Source: Prorocentrum cordatum
Lineage: Eukaryota
Assembly: GCA_963575745.1 (NCBI GenBank)
Contig: CAUYUJ010000037.1
Span: forward strand, 186,001 to 250,000
Direction: 5' to 3'
Length of the DNA stretch: 64,000 nt
Positions 31,286-45,700 of this stretch are shown piece after piece. How positions within the stretch are numbered: position 1 is the first letter of the stretch; each line of letters begins with the position of its first letter. Under the pieces are notes generated by a model. It was not told where the DNA came from and ran no database searches. It saw nothing but the letters and a program-made list of their open reading frames with translations. The position numbers and the translations under genes were made by a program.

Positions 31286-33449
31286 CTCGGGGCGATGCGC
31301 CGACGGGGTAAGGGGGCAGACAGTCTGACCGACTTGGCCCTGGGCGGGGGCATGGTCTCTCTGGTCCCCGCGCAGCTTCGCCTCGCCCGCACGCGCGACC
31401 TGATCCGAAGTCGGAATCGATCTCCCGATGAAGGACGCTGCTTGCCGCGCAGAGACATGCGCAAACCGCTGTGGACTGAGGCGACAGCGGAGGGAGACAG
31501 CGTGCGAGCCGTCGCGTTCGAGTGCGAGCCACTGGGTGCTCGCCTGGGGATGGCGACGAGCTTGCGCACGGTGAGGGGACCCGTTGCCCGAGCTCCCCCC
31601 CAGCTCTACCGAGCTCCTCTGCCCCAGCCCCCCCTGGTCTTCCCCGAGGCCCTGCCTGGGCGCCCCCCCATCCCCCTCCAGGAAGCCCCCTCAGGAGGGC
31701 TCGGGGGCCTCAGAGGGGGCCCCCGAAGCTGGCCCCGTGACCGCTGCCACTCTCCCCCCGCCCGCCGGCATCGAGAGGCAGTCATGAGGCATCAGGCCTG
31801 CTTCGTGCTGCCGGGGGCGAATCAAAAAACACATAGAAGTAATCCTCCGGTCAGCCCCCCGCGGGAGAGACGGGCTGCGGGGATGGCCCCTTGCGGCAGC
31901 ACAGACGGCAGGGCCCAGGAGGATCGAGGGGAGGATCGAGGGGGAGCATGGGGAAGCGAGGGGATCCTGCGCCCTCGATCGAGGAGGGGGAAGCCCCGGG
32001 CCTCCGCGAGCCTCCCCGAGCCTGCCCCGCGCGTCCGCGCGCGGCTCGAGCCCCCTGCAGGGCCCCGCGGGGGCGGGCGCGCGGCCTCCGCGCCCGGGGA
32101 TGGCCGCAGCCGGATGGCGGGGGCCGGCCCGGGGGAGGCGGGCGCCTGCCTCTCTCCGCGCCCCGCCGCGCAGCCGCGAAGCCGCGAAGCGGCTCCGGGC
32201 TCCTGCGCCGCGCGCGGGCTCCTCCTGTCGCCGGCCGAGGGGCAGAGGAGCTCGGCCCGGGGAGTGCGGCTGCCAGACCCCCTTCCGGTGGTGGAGAAAT
32301 CGCAGCGGGAGGTTTTTGTTCTTAGTTTTCAGCCTTCGGGGGGCCCCTTCTTGCGGCCGACCTTGACGACCTGGGCGTGCGGTATTTCTGGCTTGGCGTG
32401 TCGATCCGCGAGTTCTGGCCCACCACGTTTCGTTGGGACACGCTGCCCACGTCCCGGCCCCCCAGCGTTAACGTCCGGGGCTTTTTCAGGCCTCCTGCCC
32501 CGCGCAGCGGAGCGACAGGACATGAGCGGCACGATATCAGCTTGCAAGGCAGAGCGCGTCGCCAGGGTCGCCGCCGCGACACGCTACCCAACAGTTACCG
32601 GCTTATGCCTCGAGCCTTCTCCCAGCCACCGCTTCCCCCCCCCTTTGCTCCTCCTGTGGGCCTGCCTCCACCGGGCCATCCCCGCGCTTCCTGGACAGAA
32701 GCCAGACTTCGACCGGCCTGGTCGTCTTCGTCCTTCAGGGAGGCCAGGCTGGCCTCCGCCAGCCGCCGTATGGCGCCTCTGGGACCAGTGACGGAGCTTG
32801 GGCCCCCGAAATCGGTGGCCCATCGTGCCCCCCCCTTGCCCATCGTGCCCCCCCCCCCCTTCTGCCGAAGGGTTGCCGACATCCTGACCTGCCGTCCTTC
32901 ACGGCCCCAGGGCCCAAAAAGACTGGCCTCCAGATCTCTAGGCTGGCCCAAGATCGTGGAGCAAGGGCAGCTGGTCTCTAGGGACGCAAGCCGCGTGGGC
33001 TTCCCACCCGTCCCCTTTTCTTGCTCCCATGGCAGCGCCAAGGCGGGTCACCACTACGGTCGAGCAGATCATTGAGACACCTTCTCCCGAAAAGCTGCCA
33101 GCGTTTCGTAACCAAGTCGTCAGAAATCTGGCTCAGTTTCATGCGCACGTTCGCACCTCTAGCGTGAACAGCAGAAGTCGGCCCAGGTCTGTTTGAAGCA
33201 TCTTCCAGAAAGCTGGCCCAGGTTCCCCAAGCAGTGCTTGCATGTAGTGGTTCTTACTTCTAGTCTAAGGAACTGGGCCTAGGTGGCGGGCTGGCGGCTC
33301 GTGTTTCCCGTCGCAGCCCCGTCGCCGCCTCGTCGCCGCCTCGTCGCCGCCCGTCGTCTGGGCCTGGGTGGCGGTCTGGCGGCTCTGTGCTCGCCGTCGC
33401 CGCCTCGTCGCCGCCCTGTCGTCGCTCCGTCGCCGCCTAGATTGTACAA

Positions 33450-34224
33450 CATAGATTCTCCTTTCTAAAAGAAGAATAGACTCTACCCCCCCGGAGTTAA
33501 CGGGTCACCTTTTCGTATTGCAATTTACAGATGATTCTGGCCCATCGTCCATCCGAAATATGAGTTCATACTATCCCAGCCAGGCCTGTATCACCCCCCC
33601 CCGCCATCCACTGCAGAAAAATATTATGCGCGCGCACTCGCTTACCCAAATTCACAAGTTTCGAAGAATCCCTTGCAAAACATTGGACGAAGTGCACTCG
33701 CGCGCGTCGTCGCGCGCGCATGCCGCAATCCTTCAAAAACCGCTGGTTTCGGAATTCTTCAAAATCGAGTTCCAAAAAAATATACAAAGACAGGATTTCG
33801 CAACACGGATTTTCCAAACAAAAGTTTACGCGCGCTCTTGCGAATTCTTAAGAAAAGCATGGGTGCTTCATTTTTTATGTATAAAAAACAAAAAACTACC
33901 AGACGGGCTTCGCGGGCGCGCATGTCGAAATTTTTCGAAAGCCCTTGCGCGCGTGCCGTCGCGAGAATCCTCCGCAAAAATGGGGCGAAGTGCGGACGCG
34001 CGCGTCGTCGCGCGCGCATGTCGAAATCCTTAAAAACCATCGGGTTCGGAGGGATTTCAGAATCGCGTTTCCAAAACACATACAACGACACAAGGTTTCG
34101 CAACACGGATTTTCAACAAAAGCGCGCGCGCGCGCTCTTGCATCGTCGTCGTCGTCGTCGTCATCGTCGCTGTCCTCCCCCCTCCCTCGTCGTCGTCGTC
34201 GCCGTCGTCGTCCTCTTGTCTTTC

Positions 34225-34257
<33 letters not shown>

Positions 34258-34474
34258 TTGGCGTCGTCGTCGTTTCCGTCGTCGTTGTCGCCGTGGTCGT
34301 CCTTCCTCCCTCGTCGTCTTCGTCGGCGTTTCGTCGTTGTCCCTCCTATTTCGTTGCCGTCGTCGTCGTCGTCCTCCCTCCTTCCTCGTCGTCGTCGTCG
34401 CCGTCGTCGTCCTCCCTCCTCCCTCGTCGTCATCGTTTTGTTGGCGGCGTCGTCGTCGTCGTCGTCTTCGTCGC

Positions 34475-34505
<31 letters not shown>

Positions 34506-35314
34506 GTGGGTGTCGTCGTCGTCGTCGGCGGCGGCGTCGTCGTCGTCGTCGGCGTTGTCATCGTCGTCGTCGTCAGCGTCGGCGTTGTCGTCGTCGTCGG
34601 TGTTGTCGTCGTCGTCGAAGTCGTTGGAGACTCGCCCGCAACGTCTACCGTTGTCGACGTTGCCATGGCCCCGCGCCCGCCCAAGTCGCCGACTCGCAAT
34701 GAAGTGCCCGCTGGGATGTGCCGACTCGCAATGAAGTGCCCGCTGGTGTGTGCCCAACGATCAGCGCCACCGCGGCCGCGTCGGTCGCGCCAAACCAGCT
34801 GGCCGCTGCGCGCGCGTGCTTGGGTTGGCGCGGCCGCAGAGACGCACCAGCCAACGCAAAGCATGTATCGCAATCGCCACCTTTTGCAAACCAAGCTGCG
34901 GATTGGTAGGTGAGATGTTTGCAAGAGCACGGGATGTGTCAAGTCGTTTGTTAAAATCAACTGTGACACATTTAGTTTCTTTGCTGAAGAGGAAATAGAT
35001 AGGTCCTACCACCCTCTCCCCTGGGGTTAAAGTTTCACCTTTTCGTAAAGCAATGTACAGGTGATTCTGCCCCATCGTCCATCCGAGCTGTGAGTTCACA
35101 GTATCCCAGCCGAGCCGTATCGCCCCCCCCCCCCCCCGCCACCCTCCGCAAACAATACTATGCGCGCACCCGCGTATCACAACCCATTAGTACCCACAAA
35201 TCCTTTGCAACAGAAGAAACGACATGCGCGCGCGCGTCGTCGCGCGCGCATGCCAAATTCCTGTAACAATTTTTGGCGTCGTAACGGCTTCAAAACCGAA
35301 TGTTAAACAATTAT

Positions 35315-35348
<34 letters not shown>

Positions 35349-38300
35349 ACGCAACGTTTCGCAACACGGATTTCCAAGAACAACTTGCGCGCGCGCGCGT
35401 TCTTGCGAATTCTTAAGAACACAAGAACACCATCGGTTTTTCCAACCTGTTCCGAAAACACTACCAAACGGGCGACGCGCGCGCATGTCGAAATCGTTCG
35501 GCCGCCATTGCGCGCGTGCGGGGGTGGCACGACCCGTGCCACAAAATACCTTGCGGGTCGATCTCGCGCGTCTGCCGCGCGCATGCCGAACTGCTTCCAA
35601 CACCTGCATCTCCGACGCGAAAACACCGTCATCGTCGTCGGCGTGATCAGCATCGGCGCCGTCGCTGGCTGCTCCGTCGTCGCTGTCAGCATCGTCACCT
35701 ATCATCATCGTGTCTACCGTTGTCGACGTTGCCATGATACCGCGCCCGCCCAAGTCGCCGACTCGCAATGCAGTGCCCGCCGGAATGTGCCGAGCGGCCA
35801 GCGCCACCGCATTCGCGTCGGTCGCGCCAAACTAGCTGGCCGCTGCGCGCGCGAGCATGCGCGGGCTAGCGCGGCCGCAGAGATGCACCAGCCAAAGCCA
35901 AGCACCCAGCGCAATCGCTTCCGCGTGAGGTGCGCAAGCCATGTTGCGGGTGGGTTGGGGGGATGTTTGCGCGAGCAGTGGAGTGGACGATTTCAACTTG
36001 AGCAAGTTGTTGATTGCGCATCATGAATTGCACCACATTGCGCTACACAGAGTGTACCACGTCGGTTCTTTGTTTCATTAAAATGACCCCCCCCCCCAGC
36101 TTTATCGGCACACCTTTTTGTAGTGCAATTTACACATGATTCTGCCCCGCTGTCCATCCGAAGTATGAATTCATGCCATCCTGGCCCTGCCGGGTTCGAC
36201 CCCCCCCCCCCCCCCTTCGCCATTCTCGGCCCAGAAACACTGCGCGCGTGCACTCTTGCATCAACAATCACAAGTTTTCTGGAGCCCCTTGCAACAAATG
36301 AGACGAAGTGCGCACGCGCGCGTCGTCGCGCGCTTGTCGAAATCCGGCAACAATTTTCGGTTTTGCAGCGGCTTCAAAACCGAACGTCCAAAACGCATGT
36401 CAAATACATTTGGTTTCGCAACGTCAATTTTTAATGCAAGCTTGCGCGTGCGCTCTTGCGAATCCTTGTGGAAGCCATAGGTGATTCAACATGTCCATCG
36501 GATTCCGCCGCGCGGGCCTCTGGCGCCGCATGCCGACATCATTCGCGCGCCCTCGCGCGCGTGCCATGGGGGTACGATCCGTGTCAAATTGAACCGCGCG
36601 GGCCACTCTCGCGCGCTAGCCGCGCGCGCGCGTCGAAGCGGCCAGCGCCGCCGCGGCCGCGTCAGCGGCGGCAAACTAGCTGGTCGCTGCGCGCGCGTGC
36701 TTGGGTTGGCGCGGCCGCAAAGATGCACCTGCCAACGCCGAGCACGCAGCGCAATCGCCGCCGCGTGGGTTTTGCAAACCAAGTTGCGGGTGGGCGTGCG
36801 GGATATTTGCAGGGGCATGGGATGTGTCAGCTCGTTTGTTAGAGTCAATTGCACCACGTAGATTGCGCCACGTGGGTTCGTCTTTCTCGAACGGAATTAT
36901 GACCTGCCGCACCGCCCACCATATTATCGATGCATTCTGCTGCAGTTTAAGCGTGGTTATGCCCCATCGTTCATTTGACATATAGAATCGCACTATGCCA
37001 GCCAGGCTGGGTTCGGCCCCACCCCCATTGTCAAGTACATCGCATCAAACCAACCAGTTTGCATGCATCCTTTGCGAAAGTTGAAGCGAGGCGCACGCGC
37101 GCGCGCCGAAATCCTGCAACAACTTGGCCTTGTGACGATGTGAGAACCAAGTCTCCAGAAGCGCATGCATCACACGGTTGCGCAACATGTTTGTCAAAAC
37201 AGGTCGGCGAGCGCCTTCTCGCGAATTCTTCAGAAACCCATGTGTGTTCCAACATACGTATCACATGCGACCAAAAGGGCCTCTCGCGCGCGCATGTCGG
37301 AAGCATTCGAACGATTTTGCGCGCGCGCTGGGCGCGGTGGGGGATGGGGGGGGGGGCACGACCCGAGTCGAATAGTACAGCGCGGGCCACTCGCGCCCGT
37401 CGGCCGCGCGCGCATGTCGAAATCGCTCCAAAACCGCCATTGCCGACACGTGGACACCATCATCGTCATCGGCGTCGCCAGCATCGGCGCCGCCATTGGC
37501 CTTGCCGCCGTCATCGTCACCATCGCCACCCGCATCGCTACCAGCAGCGTCGCGTCTGCCCCTGTCGACGTCGCCATGATACTGCGCCCGCCCGACTCGC
37601 AGACTCGCGCTGAAGCGCCCGCGCGTCAGTGCGGCTTGCGAGACGAGCTTGAAGTCCCCAGCGACCAGCGCAACTGCGTTCGCGTCGGTCGCGCCAGACC
37701 AGTTGGCCGCTCTGCGCGCAAGCCTGATCGCGCAAGAGCGGCCGCGGCGAAGCGCCAGCCTGCGCCAAGCATCCATCGCAGTCGCCGCTGCACTTGTTTT
37801 ACCGCGGGTATGATGACTGCGCGAGCAGCGGAGTTGACTATTCGCAGCGAACATGCATCAAATGCCCAACATTGGCTGCGCCGGATAGACTGCTTCACGT
37901 AGGTTGCACCACGTAGATTGCTCCACCAAAACTGGACAGTACGTAGTGCTGTAGTGCACAATATATAGTGTCCCGTCTAAACAGGAATAGGACCCCCCTC
38001 CGGGTTTTTCGGTGCACATTTTTGCGTTGCAATTTACATGTGATTATGCCCCATCGTCCATCCCAAATATGAACTCATATCATCACAGCCAAGCCAGGTT
38101 CGACCACCTCAGCCATCATCTGCTAAACATTTTACGCGCGTGCACTCGTTTATCACATGTAGTATGTTGTTTTGAACCCGCCTGCAACAAATCATACGAA
38201 GTGCGCGCGCGTCGTCGCGCGAAAATGCCGGCATCCTTCGAACCTTTCCGGTGTCGGAAGGATTTCCAAACCGAATGCCCAAACCGCATGCATGTAAACA

Positions 38301-38360
38301 TACAGCTTCGCAACAACAGCGATTTGTTTAAAAAGGTTCTCGCGCGCGCTCTTGCGTTTT
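33450..38360. repeat. Diverged ~1.07-kb CpG-rich macrosatellite (4-5 units), including a (GTC)n expansion at 34143-34620
   Basis: GCAATTTACA..TGATTCTG.CCC.TCGTCCATCC-like motif at ~33520, 35050, 36125, 36955 and 38030. The units share downstream blocks such as CCAAACTAGCTGGCCGCTGCGCGCGC. Confidence 0.85.
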
Positions 38361-39025
38361 TGTTGTTGTTGTTGTGATGTGTGCGTGTGTTTTGTGTATA
38401 TAGAACATTGAATGAATGCATGCATTTCCAGATACATATATGCAAATATAATATATATATAGAGAGAGAGAGAGATCAAACAAGCATTTTTATAGATAGA
38501 ATCAGTTATCCCGGCAAAGCAACCGAACAGCGATGTGTAGAAGCATAGCTGGAAACATTGCCTGTGGTATTCATGTATGAGCGCTGTTGTAGAATTCTGG
38601 TGTTCTCGCAGTTGCACTCGGATTCGCAGTGGCAGTCGCAGTGGCAACATCAGCGGCAGTCGCAGTGGCACTGCCAGTAGTTGCAATAGCAATAGCTACA
38701 CTAGCAGCAGCAACAGCAGCAGCAGCAGCAGTAATAGTAACAGTAGTAGTAGCAGTAGAAGTAGTAGTGATGGTAGTAGTGGTAACAGTGAAGTAGTACT
38801 TGTAGTGTGTGGAGTGAACGAGTAGGAGTGATGGGAGCAGTGGTAGTAGCAGTAGAAACACTGCTTTCGATAACATGCATTGAGGTCTAAACAAGACACT
38901 GCTATCAACGGACGTGATTCCAAACGAGACACTGCTATCAACGGGTTGAGCCTCAAACGACACACTTGCACCAATGAGTGTAGCTCCAAAACAGGCACTC
39001 CCATGAATGGATTTAGTGTGATGTC

Positions 39026-39080
<55 letters not shown>

Positions 39081-39616
39081 CATGGGCAAGGACCCGTAAG
39101 ACCTGAGTCTCCACCGGGGTGCTCGGCGAAGCCATTGATGATGATGATGATGTGATGATTGAGGAGGATGATGGGATGATGACCGCGCTACTTGGATTTG
39201 TTATGTCCGTCTTTCTCGGCCTCCAACCAAATCTTGGAAGACATCTCGCAAACGGAAGAGGAGCGCACTGAGGAGCGGCGTGTGAAGCGGACAGTCGGCA
39301 AAACTTGCAGGCTGAGAAGCACCGCAGAAACTCGGAGGCTGAGAAGCACCGCGGCCGCGCAGTCCTACTACTGCTGGAACTAGGATTACAAGTACGCACG
39401 CCGAGAAGCACCGTGGACACGCGGGCTCGGATACTTCACCTCTCCCGCTTGTATTGCCGGAAATCGCGCCAACCCGGCGGCTGGCAAGTACCGAGGAGGC
39501 GCAGGCTGAGAAGCACCGCGCGAGTGCAGGCTGAGAAGCACTACGCGAGTTCAGGCCACGGCATTGCGTGTCACATGAATGCAGGCTGAGAAGCACCACA
39601 TTTTGTTTGCCAGAGA

Positions 39617-40258
39617 TCACTCCCAGGTCACCTGATCCCGCAACAACAGCCACGGCGTAGCTGCCACAGGGGCCGCAGAGAGCAACGGCTCGGTCACCCA
39701 ATTGGCCTGTCGGTGAATCACAATGCGCGCGTGGTTCCATGAGCCATTGTATCGCGCGCTGCGAGGCACCAGTGTGCTGCACGTGTTGTTGCCGTAGCAG
39801 AAGACGGCCTCTGGGGCCCAGTGCGGATTCCAGCGGACAACGTAGACCCTGTGGACGCCATTCCGGATGACGTCGCGCGCACCCTCGATCTGTGCCACCC
39901 ATCGAAGCCAGTCAAACGCTGAGCCATCGGTGATGTCAACAGCACCTGGGGCAGTCTCGCCATGGTGGTAGTGCAACAGCGTTTGGAGAGCGGCGCTCGC
40001 TTCGTCGCGGCCCACAGTCTGGCGCGAGCGGGCGGCCTCTTGCAGGTGCTCCAGTGCGAAGAGCAGTGGGGCATCACCGCCAGGCACGGCAGGCTGAGCA
40101 GCGCCGCCGCTAGGCATGGCAGGCTGAGCAGCGCTGCCACCAGGTACACCAGGCTGAGTAGCGGCAGGCCCAGGCACCGCAGGCTGAGCAACGGCGCGTG
40201 GTGGACCGACATAGGTGGGCTCATCGGGTCGGCCGTTCTTGTGGTAATGCAGGCGCAT
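39617..40258 (-). CDS. Hypothetical protein (213 aa) with AAQPA repeats and a Trp-rich globular part
   Basis: Protein-like composition (DITDGSAFDWLRWVAQIEGARDVIRNGVHRVYVVRW) and 30-bp internal repeats. Confidence 0.45.
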   Translation of the reverse strand: MRLHYHKNGRPDEPTYVGPPRAVAQPAVPGPAATQPGVPGGSAAQPAMPSGGAAQPAVPGGDAPLLFALEHLQEAARSRQTVGRDEASAALQTLLHYHHGETAPGAVDITDGSAFDWLRWVAQIEGARDVIRNGVHRVYVVRWNPHWAPEAVFCYGNNTCSTLVPRSARYNGSWNHARIVIHRQANWVTEPLLSAAPVAATPWLLLRDQVTWE

Positions 40259-40449
40259 GGCTGAGCCGTCTGTGCGAACGAACTCAAAGAAATGCCTGCC
40301 TTGGCCATCCGTGTTGGAGTAGTTTGGGTCGCGCTCTGTCTCGATGATGCGAAAGAGAACCCGGACGACGCCCTGGCCGATTACCCGGTCAGCGAGACCC
40401 GGAGCGGCAGACCGAAGCAGTTGCTTCCAGTCGTAGAACGGGTCGTTTG

Positions 40450-41044
40450 TTACGCCTCCTCAGCGAACCCTTCCATGGGGTTTGGAAGGCCCTCCGCCTC
40501 CGCGATGCGAGTCTTTGTTGTGGCTTCGACCTCTGCTTGCTTGAAGGCCTGGAGCTCGGCGTCCTGCTCCGGGGAGAACTGGTTGGCCTTCCGTGCTTTC
40601 CGGACTTTCTCTGCCAGCTGCCGCCCTGCGAGGCTACGCCCGGCATGCTCCTTCGGGTGGCGGCCGAGGTCTCGCACTTGCTGCATGAGCTCCTCGGTCT
40701 TGTCTCGTTTTTGCTGCATGAGCTCCTCGGTCTTCTGTCTGCTGATCAGCGCAGCCCAGGGCCCGCAATTCATGCGACATGTCTCTGGGGATGCGGTCGC
40801 GATGGTCCGAGAAACGTTTGGCCAACTTGTTTTCGGCCCGTTCTTGTTCGGACGTTCCTTTATCTCGCTTCGGTATCCGGCCGAACTGCTTCACGTGCTC
40901 GACGAGCGTTTGCAGAGGGCCGCTCAATGCAGCACGCTGAGGAGCAGCGCTGTTCCCTGCCGCAGGCTGAGGAGCACCGCTGTTCAATGCAGCAGGGTCA
41001 GGAGCACCGCCGCCAGACCGAAAACTATCAGCATGTCCTGGCAT
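40450..41044 (-). pseudogene. Frameshifted ORF with two helicase-associated (HA)-like helical repeats
   Basis: LVEHVKQFGRIPKR...ENKLAKRFSDHR...ELRALG and LMQQVRDLGRHPKE...RQLAEKVRKAR...EQDAELQAF resemble each other and the HA-domain pattern. Recognised by eye only. Confidence 0.45.
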
Positions 41045-41152
41045 TAAGGTGTGCAGTAGGCGCCGCGCAGTTCCTTTGAAAGGAGATCTTCGAAAGCAGG
41101 GCTGTAGCCAAGAAGGCTACGGGGACGATGATGATGATGAAGATGATGAGTC

Positions 41153-41467
41153 TTGGAAGTCTGGGAAGTGGAAGAGCACGAAGTGGCGTGCAGTTTGCTC
41201 CGGGCATTCAAAATGTGGCCCGGGAGTGGAGTTTTGGGAAGTGGAAGAGCACGAAGTGACCTACAGTTGGCTCCGGGCATTCAAAATGTGGCCCGGGAGT
41301 GGAGTTCTGGGAAGTGGAAGAGCACGAAGTGGCCTACAGTTGGCTCCGGACATCCAAAATGTGCCCCGGGAATGGAGTTCTGGGAAGTCGAATAGCACGA
41401 AGTGGCTTACAGTTTGCTCCGGGTATTCAAAATGTGGCCCGGGAGTGGAGTTCTTGGAGGTCGAAGA
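41153..41467. repeat. 73-bp minisatellite, ~4.3 copies
   Basis: GGGAAGT(G/C)GAA at 41163, 41236, 41309, 41382. Confidence 0.92.
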
Positions 41468-41604
41468 AACGATGTGTGCGACTGTTTGCTTAAAACGAGC
41501 CCGGCCCTCGCCTGTCCGGCTCCCGCCCAGACCCCCCTGGGGAGTCATCAGATGCTCTCTTTTGACCCCATTAGAAACCTATCAGTCTTCGCCGTTAGGT
41601 AATA

Positions 41605-42462
41605 AAATTGGCTTTTCATGTTTCAGACAGCGCTACCAAACGGGCTTCGCGCGCGCGTCGAAATCGCAAACAACGGGCGAAGTGCTCGCGCGCGTGTCGT
41701 CGCGCGCATGCCGGAACCCGTCACAAACCATTGTTTTCGTAGCGACTGCAAAACCGAATGTCAAAAACACATTCGAACAACAAGGTTTAACAACGTAAAT
41801 TTTCAAGGAAAAACTTTCGCGCTCGCCCTTGCGAGTCATATGTATACACACATCCATACACATCTACACACATATATATATATATATATGTATACCATAG
41901 GTCTTTCAACATTTCCATGGAATTATGCGACGCGGGCCTCTGGCGACGCATGCCGACATCATTCGCGCGCCCTCGCGCGCGTGTTGGGGGGGCACGATCC
42001 GCGTCCAAAGATTTCGCGCGGGCCACTCGCGCGTTGGCCGCTCGCGCATGTCGAATTCTTTCCAAAACCTTCATCGCCGCCGCGAGGGCGCCGTCATCGT
42101 CGTCGGCGTGATCGGCATCGGCGCCCGCGCTGGCCGCGCCGTCGTCGATCCGAACATCGCCACAAGCATCGCCACTTTCATCGGCGCGTCTCCCGTAGCC
42201 GACGTAGCCACGATACCGCGCCCGCCCAAGTTGCCGACTCGCACTGAAGTGCCCGCTCGGATGTGCCGAGCGGTCAGCACCACCGCGTTCGTGTCGGTCG
42301 CGCCAAACTAGCTGGCCGCCGCGCGCGCGTGCTAGGGTCGGCGCAGCCGCAGAGATGCACCAGCCAACGCGAAGCATGCATCGCAATCGCCACCGCATGA
42401 GTTTTGCAAACCAAGCTGCGGGTGGGTGGGTGGGATATTTGCAAGAGCATGGCATGTCAAAT
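41605..42462. repeat. Macrosatellite unit (continuation of the 33450-38360 family)
   Basis: Same blocks as 35450-36000 and 36480-36840. Confidence 0.8.
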
Positions 42463-42654
42463 CATGGCTGAAAATCAATTCCGTTTCTTTCTCCACCTAG
42501 GCTCTGCCTAGAAGGGTTCTTACTCGCTTGGCTTACAGGGCCAGGCGGTGCACATCGCCCCGGGCGGCCCCCCCGGCCCCCTGGGAGCCAAGCGACAGCA
42601 ACAGCAAAGGTACACGCAAACGCGCGGTTCCCCCAGTTGCGCTCCCTGGGCGCC

Positions 42655-43880
<1,226 letters not shown>

Positions 43881-43979
43881 GACGATGAGGAGAAGGAGGA
43901 GGACGGCGTTCACCGCTCCTACTAATGTTGCTCTCCTAGAGGCTCCAACTCCTAGGTAGGGTCGCGCTGGGATAATTGT

Positions 43980-45000
43980 TTATATATGCACACAAAAAGT
44001 GCCACCCCCGGGCTTATCGGCCCCCCGGGAATCTATGCAACACGTCAATGATTCTGACTCGATGTCCATCTTATTTGGAAATTCATACTATCCCAGCTCG
44101 GCTGGTATCGGCCCTTTCGGTTTCTTTGCGACAAAATACTATGCGCGCGCACTCGTTTAGTTTGAATCATAAGCTTACAATCCCTTGCACAAGGATTGGC
44201 GAAGTGCACGCGCGCACGCGCGCGCGCGTCGTCGCGCGAGCATGCCGAAATCCTTCAATCACCTTCGGTTTCGGACAGGTTTCAAAATCGAGTGTCCAAA
44301 GAAAACATAATAAAACCGCTCGGATCGCGGATTCTCAACAACATCGTGCGCGCCTTTGCGAATTTTGACGAAAACAACAATTTGTTCAACATGCTCATAT
44401 CATGCTACCAAACGGGTTTCGCGCGCGCGTGTCGAGATCGGTTGAACGCCCTTTGCGCACGTGCTGAGGTGGCACGTAATACCATGCGAGCCACTCTCGC
44501 ACGTCTGCAGCGCGCGCATTTCGAATTCTTTCCAAAACCTGCATCTCCGACGCGATGGCGCCGTCATCGTCGTCGGCGTGATCAGCATCGGCGCCGTCAC
44601 TGGCTGCCCCGTCGTCGTTGTCAGCATCGGCGCCAGCATCCATCATCGTGTCTACCGTTGTCGACGTTGCTATGGTACCGCGCCCGCCCAAGTCGCCGAC
44701 TCGCACTGAAGTGCCCGTTGGGATGTGCCGAGCGGTCACCGCCACCGCGTTCGCGTCGGTCGCGCCAAACTAGCTGGCCGCTGCGCGCGCGAGCATGCGC
44801 GGGTAAGCGCGGCCGCAGGGATGCACCAGACAACACTCGGCACTCATCGCAATCGCTCCCTCATGGTTTTGCTAGCCAAGCTGCGGGTGGGTAGGTGGGG
44901 TGATTGCGCGAGCAGTGGAATTTTCAAATTCAAGTTCGGCAAGCCAATTGCACCACGTCGATTGGGCCACATACATCGCACAACATATGTACTACTAGAA
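43980..45000. repeat. Macrosatellite unit (same ~1.07 kb family)
   Basis: 44520-44920 aligns with 35580-35985. Confidence 0.8.
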
Positions 45001-45184
45001 ACGCACTCGCTGTGGGCCCACGCTTGCTAACACTACTGGCAATCAGGCCTTGCGGCCGGCACCGCCAAACCAGAACGACGACGACCACGACCACGACGAC
45101 GACCACGACATCAACGACAACGACGAGCTGATGACCCTGCCACAGGCTCGGGACATGGGGCGGGCGGTGCAGGGAGGAGAATAG

Positions 45185-45700
45185 GGAAGCGGAGGAGGAG
45201 GAGGAGGCGTAGGAGGAGTAGGAGGAGGAGGGAGAGGATGAGGATGAGGATGAGGATAAGGATGAGGGTGAGGATTTGGATGAGGAGGAGGAGGAGGAGG
45301 AGGAGGAGGAGGAGGGGGATGAGGAGGCGGAGGACGAGGAGGAGGGGGAGGAGGAGGAGGAGGAAAAGGAGGAGGAGGAGAAGGAGAAGGAGAAGGACGA
45401 GGAGAAGGATGAGGAGGAGGAGGAGGAGGAAGAGGAGGATGAGGAGGAAGAGGAGGATGAGGAGGATGAGGAGAAGGATGACGAGGAGGAGGAGGAGGAG
45501 GAGGAGGAAGAGGAGGAGGAGGAACGCCGTTTGTCTCATCGGGGACTGGCTGGGGCTGGGGCCCGGGGCCGGGGACTGGGGCCAGTGCCCAGGCCGAGGC
45601 TTGGGCCGGGGCCGGGACCTGGGCTGGGGCCAGGGCCGGGGCCGGGACATGGGCCAGTGCCGGGGCCAGGACCCAGGCCAGCGCTGGGGCCGAGACGGGG
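45185..45700. repeat. (GGA)n tract followed by degenerate (GGGGCC)n
   Basis: Directly visible. Confidence 0.9.

Larger units (their letters stand above)
38360..41604. mobile_element. ~3.2 kb insertion into the macrosatellite, carrying microsatellites, minus-strand ORF remnants, hairpin motifs and a 73-bp minisatellite
   Basis: The macrosatellite unit breaks after GCGCGCGCTCTTGCG (~38356) and resumes with the next block CTACCAAACGGGCTTCGCG at ~41633 (compare 33830-33915). Confidence 0.5.

Noticed and set aside
31184..32791. 535-aa ORF and other long GC-rich ORFs (46979-48025, 56709-58094, 59676-60971)
   Set aside because: Arg/Pro/Gly/Ala-rich with no recognisable motif; expected by chance at this GC content.
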